NCBI RefSeq assembly: GCF_963506605.1
Contig: NC_083290.1
Span: 248,001-312,000, forward strand
Source: Zootoca vivipara
Lineage: Eukaryota
Reading direction: 5' to 3'
Length of the DNA: 64,000 bases
The notes below the pieces were generated by a model. It made no database searches. It had not been told where the DNA came from and worked only from the letters and a program-made list of their open reading frames with translations. Within the stretch, counting starts at the first letter, position 1, and each line of letters begins with the position of its first letter. Below are positions 24,131 to 34,100 of this stretch, piece by piece. Position numbers and translations under genes: made by a program.

Positions 24131-25896
24131 AGGGAGGTGGTTTTACTTATTTATCTTCCAGGTAACTATTTAGCCATTCCTTCCCAGCAGATGCACATAG
24201 GGTTGTATTGCTTATCTCTTGCGTTGGTTTTGACCTTTTAAAGCCCCAAACGACATGGGACAATAATTTCTCAACAATTGCTCATCCCACAAAATGATGC
24301 TCCTTCTCTGCCCCCACCCTCCAATTATTGGATGGTGGCTGATGAATTATGGAAACAGAGTCTTTCCAGTTGTGGTACCCAAAGTCTGGAATAGTTTTGC
24401 AAGAGAGATCCTCCTGTCTCTGCAGATATTATTCTGTCTAGCTATGAACTAGCTGCTGAATGCCTATAGCCACTGCCAGAGGCCTCTGAGTGCCTATTGC
24501 TGGGAATCCAAATTGGGGAGAGCTGGCATGCTTCCCTTTGGGGGCACCTGGCTGGCCAATGTGAAAGCAGGATGCTAGGCTAGATGGGTCTCCTTTGGCC
24601 TGATCCAGCAGCCAGGCTCTTATTATGGTCCTATGGAACCTCCAGGTACAAAGGCAGTCTACCTAGACCCCTAGGGATATTTGGCCACTGTGAGAACAGG
24701 ATTCCAGACTAGATAGCCCTGCTTTGGCCTGATCCAACTGCTGCTGTTATGAAGGATAAGATGAACAGAGGAGGGGAATGCATGTGTCTCCTAGTCACAA
24801 TGGCAATGTTCTTCCCTGTGAGAGGCAGTCGGACTCTGAATACCAGTTGCTGGGAATAGGAAACTTGGAGGGCAGCAGCTATGGGGGTCCTGCTGGGGGG
24901 CTTCCCAGGAGAGGCATCTGCTTGGTCATCCAAAAATGGTGGAGTGGAAAGTTACCAGGAGGAAGAAGCACTGAGGATCAAGGTCTCAGAATATTGGGAG
25001 GGAGCTGGTGTGGTGCAGGGGGGAGAGCAGCAATGGGGCCCTACAGATGAGGGCTGGGACTCCACTTCGTCAGTGTCTCAGGGTTGGCACCTCAGACCAG
25101 GCCTGAGGAGACCCAAGATCAGGTGTGATGCGTTATGCCCAACATTGCGTGATGTGGGAGGAGGCCCAATGGAGCTCAGCTGGCAGAGGAACATTGACCC
25201 GTCAGTGAAAATGGGGGTTGGCTTGCCCCCTACGGTCCCTCAATAGATGGCACAGCTGCCCAAGATAATAAAACTCAGCAGTCAGCCCAACTTGGGCCAG
25301 TTGCTACCCCTAAAATCTAGCCTACCTCTCAGGTCTGTTGTGAAGATAAATTGGGGATGGGAAGGAACAAGGAACAAGATACGCAGCTTTGAACTCCTTG
25401 GAGTAACAATTTGCTGTAAATGAATTGCTTTTAGCAGCAGCTGAGATTTGCAGAGTAGTGGGCGCCAGGAAGGGCCCCCCCCCCAGACTACAAGGCATTA
25501 ATGCAAGGGTGGTGGCGACTCCCACCCCCACCCTTCAGATGGACCTACAGCTCCCAGCACCATGACCTGCCCATTGGCCATGCTGCGATGGAAGTTGGAG
25601 TCCAGCAGCATTTGGGGTGCCCCACCACCCCATAGATCTGATCTTCAGAGAGGGCCCTGGAGAGCTTGTGCAAACCAGAGAGGTCACGACACGACCTTTG
25701 GGAAGAAAGGAGAGAGCTTGCAGCAGCCTTTGCCCGCCCGCTGGGGCTGATGGGAGTTGCAGTCCAAGGCGCCTGGAGGGGAAGAGGGTTGGCTCGCTGG
25801 CTCGTCTTCCTCGTGCAGCCTGCCCACCTTTCCCGGCTGTGTCGCAACAAGAGCCACCCGCCACCGCGGAAAAAGACGAGGGTGTCACCCCAGCAG

Positions 25897-25915
25897 TTGC
25901 CACCAGGGGGCATCG
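25897..25915 (+). promoter_or_regulatory. CTCF-binding motif
   Basis: TTGCCACCAGGGGGCATCG matches the CTCF core. Confidence 0.55.
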
Positions 25916-26173
25916 CAGCTCCAGATGCTACAGGGGTGGGGGCGGGGGGCAGAAACGGGGGCGGGGGCGGGTCTGGCGTTCCTAGGCGGGGCCGGGGCAA
26001 TGATGTTCCTTCTCACCCACCCACGCACCAAACTCTCGCAAATTCAAAAGAAGGTTGGGGGGGGGGTTGTGGCTTTTTCAACTTTATAAGGCACAGTACG
26101 AATTGTGACCCGCGTCAATCATTCGGCAAAAAAATCGCCAGCACATTTCGTTAACTGTATATCTGATTACAGG

Positions 26174-26407
26174 ACAGGTAGGTAGCCGTGTTGGTCTGAC
26201 GTTGTCGAAACAAAATAAAAAAAATTCCTTTCAGCAGCACCTTAAAGACCAACTAAGTTTTTATTTTGGTATGAGCTTTCGTGTGCATGCACACCAGCGT
26301 ATCTGAAGAAGTGTGCATGCACACGAAAGCTCATACCAAAATAAAAACTTACCGGTAGTTGGTCTTTAAGGTGCTGCTGGAAGGATTTTTTTTATTTCGT
26401 TTTGACT
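26174..26407. mobile_element. Penelope-like element remnant with inverted terminal arms
   Basis: ~87-bp inverted arms (26208-26294 and 26311-26405). The family recurs at 1786 and 55857 and carries a hammerhead motif typical of PLE termini. Confidence 0.7.
26299..26336 (+). ncRNA. Minimal type I hammerhead ribozyme motif
   Basis: GTAT-CTGAAGA-A-GTGTGCATGCACAC-GAAA-GC-TC-ATAC: stem I GUAU/AUAC, core CUGANGA, palindromic stem II, GAAA, palindromic AGCU in place of stem III, UC cleavage site. Confidence 0.65.
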
Positions 26408-26819
26408 TAATAGTAAGAATTCACCCGTATAATTATAATACACTGAAGCAGAAGTCCCCAGGCGCTTATGTAGGGAAAGGGGGGGGTGGGGGTATCACTC
26501 CGAAGGGTGGTGAAAATGAGTGATTGACTGACTGATAGCTGTTGACGACTGTGAACGACTGCAAATGGTCTTGCATGAAAAAGCATATATATCTGATGTG
26601 CAGGTGACGTGATCGCAAAAACAAAACCTCAAAGCGGTTTACAAAAAGATGAAGCAATAAAATCGAGAAAATTTTATAACGTTGCTTTAAAACAAATGAA
26701 AAGTTAAAATATTAGATTAAATCCCACACCAAGGTGGACTTGAGTAAACATTACTGTTCTCAGCAGCTGCCAAACGGAATAGTGATATGGCAGGAAGTTC
26801 CAAATTTACGTGAATTTAG

Positions 26820-27460
26820 GTCAACACGCTCCCCGCGCCCGCGCCCCGTTCCTCCTTGGCTGCGCGTGCACGCCGCTCCCCACCCTCGGGCCACGTGGAG
26901 TTTGTGTCTTTCCTCGGGAAGCGGCGCCACGTGACCCGCGCGTCAGCTGACCCAACATGGCTGGGAGCGGAGCGAGATCGGCCGCCGCCGCCGCTGCCGC
27001 CGAGGAAGGCGCCTCCTCGCGCGCCGCCTGATTCCCGCGCGCGCCCCCAGGTGAGGCTGGCCCGCCTGCCCTTGCTCGGCCCCGAGCCTCGCCCAGCAGC
27101 CCTCCCCGCCAGGGAAGCGGGGCAGGCGGGCCTCTGAACATGTGCAGAGTGCCTTGCTGTCTGCTGGAGGTAGGGCGGTCGCGCCCTGCGGGGAAGGAAG
27201 GAGATCCTCCTCCTCGGCGACGGTGCTGTGGAGACCCGGGAGAGGGGACGCCGCTGCCGCGACCCCTGAGCGGAGGGAGGGAGGGAGGAGGAGGGGAGCC
27301 CGGAGTCCGTTTCCCGCGTGGTCCTGGCAGCAGCCCGGTCGCCCGAGCATGGGCAGAGTGGATTTCCCCTTTCCGTGGGGCAGCGCGGGCGAAGCGCACC
27401 GTCAGCTGACAGTTCGTAGCGTGCGAGGCGCGTGACGCGAGGCAGCTTCGGGCTGGGCGC
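26820..27460 (+). promoter_or_regulatory. WDR81: WDR81 promoter CpG island and first exon (donor CAG|GTGAGG at 27050/27051)
   Basis: CpG island with E-boxes CACGTG (26892, 26928) and GTCAGCTGAC palindromes (26942, 27401). The strong donor pairs with the acceptor at 28125-28126 just upstream of the WDR81 ATG. Confidence 0.75.
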
Positions 27461-28152
27461 TTCCTCAATTCTTAGCAATTAATCCTGGCAAGAAGGAGCT
27501 GGTCGCCTCCTCGGGGTGGGGTGGGATCCCTTGGCCTCGTGGGAAACGGGGTGCTGGGGAGCGAGGTGGGCCTCCTGTCTCTGAGCTCCGCTTGGGCTCC
27601 GCTGCCCCTGCTTTGCAAGCAGAAGCTGCCAGGCTGAGTCCCTGGCAGCAAATCCAGGAAGGGCAGGAAATGGCCCTGGCCTGAAATCCTGCAGAGCTGC
27701 TGCCAGTCAGAGCAGGCAGTGCTGAGCTAGAGGGATGGAGAGACCCATTTATTTGCAGGCCTCTCATGAGACTGGGCAGCCGCTGTTTGGTGAATGGACC
27801 AACATGGTCTGAGTTGGTCTCTGGCTGCTCTCTTCCATAGAACCACAGAGGGACCCAAGGGTCATCAGCCCAACCCTTTGTTCAAATGGGACTTGGGTAC
27901 AACAGGCATTCCAACTTTGCCCCAGGCCTCTGGCTGTGAGCTCAGAGGGTAGAGCATGAGAGACTCAAACTCAGTCAGGGTGGTGGGTTTGAGCATTGCA
28001 GGGGGTGGACTAGATGCTTCTTGTGGTCCCTCCCAACTCTGTGATTCTAGCTATCCACCCCTTCCACAGACGTTCTATGTTCTGCCCCAGTGATCTGTGG
28101 CTCTTTCTCTCTCCACCCCCCCCCAGGGAATGCTGCTGTGCTGCCCCCCAAG

Positions 28153-31100
28153 ATGGACACGCTCCTCAGGCAAGTGGAGAAGGACTTGGGCATTGATCGC
28201 AGCCAGCTGGCAGCTGCCACGGGGAGCTCCCACGTCATCGCTCTGGTGCCCACCAAGTGGCTGGCCGGCCTAAAGGAGCGGGGAGTGCTGCCCAGCCTGT
28301 GCCCGCGCCCCGATGGGCTCAGCGATGTGGAGGTGCGCACCTGCCTCCAGCACTCGGTGCAGAAGCTGCCATCCGGCTGGACCAGGGTGGAGATCCATGG
28401 CCTGAGGAAGGACCGGCTGCGCTACAGGCTGGCTGTGGTGCCTGGCGACCCCAAGGAGCCCCCCGAGACCCTCCATGGCTTCATGCGCCACGTGGCTTCT
28501 CAGAACTACCGGAACTTGTGGAGCCAGGCTCACCGCCTTTATGTCCGCCCGTACTGCCACGCGACCACCCCACCCACGGCCCCTGCCCTGGAGGTACTCT
28601 GTGGGGCCCTCCAGAGGCTCTACGGCTGCCCCATCGTCCCCGTGGGCAGGGGCACCCCCTCCTGCACCTCCCCAGCTAAAGAGGGCGGCTGCTCACCCGG
28701 CAGCTGCCCTCCTCTGGGCTGCCCCAGCATCCTCCCGGCGGAGGCGCTGCTCGACTCCCCGGAGATGTTGTACGTGGTCTTCCCCTACGTCCAGTTCTGC
28801 CTCCACGACATCGTGACCTTCAGCCCGGCCAAGCTGACCAACAGTCATGCCAAGCTCCTCTTCATCCTCTTCCAGGTCCTGCAGGCCATGGAGGCGTGCC
28901 ACCGGGCAGGACTGGCGTGTGGGGCCTTCTCCTTGCACGACGTGGCTGTGGACGAGAAGCTGTGCGCCCGGCTCAGGGTCCAGCTCCGGGACTACGAGCG
29001 GGAGGAGGAGGAGGAGGAGGTGGTGGCAGAAACAGAGGCGGGTACTGCAGAGAGGGACCCGCTGGTGGACGGAGGTGGCATCCATGCAGCGCCTCGGAAG
29101 GGCCTGGGGCAGCTGGTGCTGGACTGGGTGCAAGGGCGCCTCAGCAACTTTGACTACCTCCTGCACCTGAACCGCTTGGCCGGCCGCCGGGCGGGTGACC
29201 CCAACTACCATCCCGTCCTGCCCTGGGTGGTGGACTTCAGCACCCGCAATGGCCGCTTCCGGGACCTTCGGAAGTCCAAGTTCCGCCTCAACAAGGGCGA
29301 CAAGCAGCTGGACTTCACCTATGAGATGACCAAGCAGGCCTTTGTGGCTGGGGGCGGCCTGGGCGGGGAGCAGCCCCATGTGCCCCACCACATCTCCGAC
29401 GTCCTCTCGGACATCACCTACTACGTCTACACCGCCCGGCGGACGCCCCGGGCCGTACTGTGCTCCCATGTGCGCTCCCAGTGGGAGCCCAACGAGTACC
29501 CGGCCAGCATGGAGCGCATGCAGGGCTGGACGCCGGACGAGTGCATCCCCGAGTTCTACTCCGACCCCGCCATCTTCCGCTCCATCCACCCGGACATGCC
29601 GGACCTGGAGGTGCCAGCCTGGTGCAGCGGCCGCGAGGAGTTTGTGGCGGCCCACCGGGCACTGCTGGAGAGCACGGAGGTCTCACAGGACCTCCACCAC
29701 TGGATCGACCTCACCTTTGGCTACAAGCTGCTGGGCAAGGAGGCTGTCAGGGAGAAGAACGTCTGCCTGCACCTGGTGGACGGCCACACCCACCTGGCCA
29801 GCTACGGGGTGGTGCCCCTCTTTGACCAGCCCCACCCCCGGCGCCTAGCGGGGAGCTGCGCCCTCCTCTCCGCCGAAGCCCCGCCCATCACCAGGCCCCT
29901 CATCCCCCCCGTGCAGGAGACGAGAGTCCTGGAAGGGGGTGCCCCCAAGGGCCAGGCCACCAAGGGTGCCGGCGGGCCGGTCGTGGAAACGGCGCCATGC
30001 GAAGGCACGTGGGATGGGGGCCGGTTCACAGCGGTGGAGGAGGTGGAGCAGGGGGCAGAGGCACTGGAGGCCCTCCCGGCCGGGGCAGGCCGGGCCACAG
30101 AGCTGCCCGGTACCCCCGCCCCGCCCCCGGGGATCCCCGCAGAGGGCAAGCACCTCGGCCGCAGCAGGACCAAAGCGGGGGCTCCTCTTGCGGAAGGGCC
30201 AGAGGCGAAGATCGTCCTTCCCGAGGGTTGCAACTTCCTGCAGGCCTTGGAGGAGCTGGAGAAGCTGGACGCCTTCCTTCTGAAGGGGCTGCACGCCCAG
30301 GTGGGCCGGCCGGAGCAGCGCCAGCCTCGCTTGCCCCCGGGGCCCTCGGACCTCTTCCAGAGAGACATGCAGGCCCTGGGGGTCGTGGTGGCCGAGATCG
30401 TCTTTGCCTCGAAGCTGCGGGCGCTGGAGCCCGGGGCGGCCCTGGCGGAGCGCTTCCAGGCGGCCCGGAGGCTGTGCCACCAGCACCCTAAGGACATCCC
30501 GGCTCCTCTCCTGCACCTGCTGGAGACGCTGCTGCAGCTGAAGGTGGCGGATGGACAGCTCGCCAGGGCGGGGTGGGGGCCGCTCCTGTTTGACTACCCC
30601 CCTGTCTGGCAGGGCCTCCCTCCGCCCTGCCCCTGGCAGCTGCGGAGCTCCTTCAGCGCACTGCTGCCCTTCCCCGCCTACTTCCCAGCTCTGCACCGAT
30701 TCATCTCCACCTACCTGTCTCGGCAGGCCGAGGCCGAGGGCCGGGAGCTGGTGTTCCAGCTGTGGCGGCAGCTGGAGGGCGTGCTGAGCAGCATCACTCC
30801 GGAGGGCCTGGAGATCCTGCTGCCCTTCGTCCTGGCGCTGCTGTCCGGGGAGCGCACGGCTGTCCACGCCGCCTGGTACCTCTTTGAGCCCATTGCCAGG
30901 GCCCTGGGCCCCCGCAACGCCCACAAGTACCTTCTGAAGCTGCTGGTGGGGGCCTACGAAAACCCCCGCTGCCTCCACGGGCGCTTCTACCTGTACACCG
31001 ACTGCTTCGTGGCGCAGCTGATGACGCGGCTGGGCCTGCAGCTCTTCCTCTCCGCCCTCCTGCCCCACATCCTGCAGGTGCTGGTGGGGTCCGAGGGGGC

Positions 31101-34100
31101 CGCCCTGGAGGAGAACAAGGCCCTGCTGGGGGCGACGGAAGAGGAGGACGACGACGAGAGCGGGGGTGGCAGTCCCGGGCCCTGCTCCTTTGGGGAGGAG
31201 GCCAAGGCGGAGGCAGAGAGGGGCTCGGCACTGCAGCTGCTGGGCTACATGTCCGGGGTCAGCCTGCACGACCAGGCCGACCTGCCCGAGAGTGAGGACT
31301 TCCAGAACGGGCTCTACGTGGCCGAGGCTCTGCGGGGCAGGGAGGAAGAGGAGGAGGAGGAAGAGGCCGCGGCAGCCGAGGAATCCCTCAGCCTGGGCCG
31401 CCTGAGTGACAAGAGCAGCGCCAGCGAGGTCTCCTTGGGGGAGGACCGGTCGGCCGCCGACGGGGAGTCCCAGAAGGACAAAGGGAGCCTCAAATCCCTC
31501 GACAGCAGCCAGGACCTGAAGCACAGCGAGGAGGAAGAGGAGGAAGAGCAGGAAGAGGAGCAGCCGCAGGAGGAGGAAGACGAGGGCGAGCAGGATGGGG
31601 AGGAAGAGCACGATGACGCCACCACCGTGGTCACAGAGGAGCCGACACTCTCCATGGGACTCAGCGCCTCGGTGGAAGCCAGCCTGGCAGATGATGACGA
31701 TGGCGAGGTGGAGGAAGAAGAGGAAGAGGAGGAAGGCCGGGTCGGAAGGGGCTTGTTGGACCAGGAGGGGGACAAGGAGAGGAGCATTCTGCTGGGTGAG
31801 CCAAGGCTCCTTCCGGGGGTGGGTGGGGAGGGGGGCCTAGTCATTCATTCATTGATTAAAAAATTATATACCGCTGTATCATAGAAATACGTCATAGTGG
31901 TTTAGAGCAGGCACGTCCAACAGGTAGATCGTGATCTACCGGTAGATCACTGGACATCTGTGGTAGATCACTGGTAGACCACTGCCCCCCCCAAAGAAGC
32001 TCAACAAGTTTGCTCCCCTAAAAAAAGCTCAACATTTTCCCCTGCACCCCCCCAAAACAGTCCTTTCCTCCTCCCTAAAATGGGCCTTCCCCCTTCCTAA
32101 AAAAACATCTTTGACCTGAACCCCCCAAAAGGGGGCAGATCACTGCCAGTCTTTAACTCTGTGAGTAGATCGCAGTCTCTTGGGAGTTGGCCACCCCTGG
32201 TTTAGAGTAATATAAGCAAAAAAAGAATTCAAAAGAAACAGCAGCAGGACCACGGGAGGAGGAGGACGGGCCCTTCACTGCCTGCCTAGGCCTTTGCAGG
32301 AAGGGGCTGGGGAGGTGCTGGGAAGCCAGGCTGCGCCCGCAAAGGAAGCTCCTTTGGGTGTGGGCAGGGTGCCGCCTAATCACCCCCTCCCACCCTCTCT
32401 TGTCTCCCAGACACAGCATGCAAGATGGTGAGGTGGCTCTCGCCCAAGCTGGGCCCCACCACCACCTCCCGCTACGTGGCCAGGAACCTCCTCCGACTCC
32501 TGACGTCTTGCTACATTGGTAATTCTCGCCTGGGGGGTTATGGGGCAGGAAAGGAGGCTGCTTTTCGTGGATCTAGGGGAGGGTGACCTTCTATTGGAAC
32601 AGCCTTTGCCAACCTGGTGCCCAAGTGGGGCGGGTGGGCACTTGGGGGTCTACAGCGTGTTTAGCCTGCAGAAGAGGAGATAGGAGTTGCTTTCTCCCCT
32701 GGAGGGCAGGACCTGAACAAACAGACTCATATTGCAAGAAAGGAGATTCCAACTAAAGATTAGGAAAAACTTTCTGAGGATAAGAACAGATTCCCTCTGT
32801 AAGTGGTGGACTTGTCTTCACCGGGCTCCAGTTTTCCATTGGCTACAGCAGCTGGCATGGGCAACCTGGTCAGAGACAGGAAGAGGTGTTAGAGCCCAGC
32901 AGCCCCACAGGCATTCCCCAGACGGTAGGACTTGAACCAGGGGCATGGAGGGTCTGAGCTGCCCCTGTGGGTGTGTGGACTCTCCTTCACCAGGGGCATG
33001 TAAGCAGTGGCTGAACGGCGCCTTTCAGGGCTCCTGTTGCAATGGGATTTCCTGACTTGGGAGCGGGTTGGGCTGGATGACCTTTGAGGTTCCCTCCCAC
33101 ATTCTCTCTCTGCTCTTTCTCCTTCTGCAGGTCCTGGGAGGCAGCAGTTTGTGGCCGGGGCTGAAGAGAGCAGCCCTCTGAGCTCCGGGAACATCTACCA
33201 GAAGCGGCTGCTGGTGGGGGATGTGGTGTCCGAGCCAGTGCTGACCTGCCTCATCCACCTAGCACACCTGTATGGAGAGCCCGTCCTCACCTACCTGTAC
33301 CTGCCCTATATCAGCTACCTGGTCAGTGTCTCTATCTGAGGGTGACAGGGCTCCAGGCGTGGGGGAGGGGGGCTCCACTTTCCCTCTCTCTCCATCTTCC
33401 TCGGAGCAAAGTTTTGATGGCCATCTGCCAGGGATTCTTTAGCTGAGATTCCTGCATCGCAGGGGGTTGGACTAGATGAACTCTGGGGGTCCCTTCCAGC
33501 TCCAGGATTCTCTGATTCCACCTTGCCTTCTCCTACACCATTGCCATATGCTGCGTCAGACCCCGGGGCCCATCGGGCACAGTGTTGTCCAGACTGACTG
33601 GCAGCAATGGCTCTCTGGGGTTTGGGGCAGGGAGTGTCCCTGGGGATTGAAGCTGGGACCTTCTGCATGCCAAGCAGCTGCTCTGCGCCACTGAGCTAGG
33701 GCCCTTACCCAGGGCTCGTTCTCATCCTTCCACTCCAGCACCATTCTTGGGCAGCCTGAGCAGCTTGCTGCAGGGAACACAGGAGTTTGTTCAAGATTTC
33801 AGCAGCCAGAGAAGCTTAGCTTTAAAAACAAAGCAGCCCAAGCAAACTCACCTTCCCAAGTTTCTAACCCTCATGGCTTTAGAGGGAAGCTGAAATGTAC
33901 CTGAGCTGTGCCTGGCGAACTCCCAGAGGGCAGGAGTGGGGGGCTGAGCAGAGGAGGGGCCAGCGGGACAGAAGATTGGGCAGATATATGCCAACTAAAA
34001 TCCTAGATGTTGCCCCCCCCCACTTCCAAGGAGGGAGTTTGCCTTGCTTTGTGTCCTGGAGGGAGGAGTTTCATTTCCTCCCAGGCAGCTGCTCTGAAAG

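Noticed and set aside
27029-27031. Selenocysteine decoding of the in-frame TGA in the WDR81 leader
   Set aside because: I could not identify a SECIS in the 3' UTR, and the codon lies in a low-complexity non-catalytic context.
29845-31611. 588-aa and 320-aa (28693-29655) minus-strand ORFs
   Set aside because: Antisense shadows of the GC3-rich WDR81 exon; no independent motifs.
31908-32199. CRISPR-like short repeats (GTAGATC)
   Set aside because: Vertebrate DNA; these are subterminal repeats of a hAT element with an 8-bp TSD.
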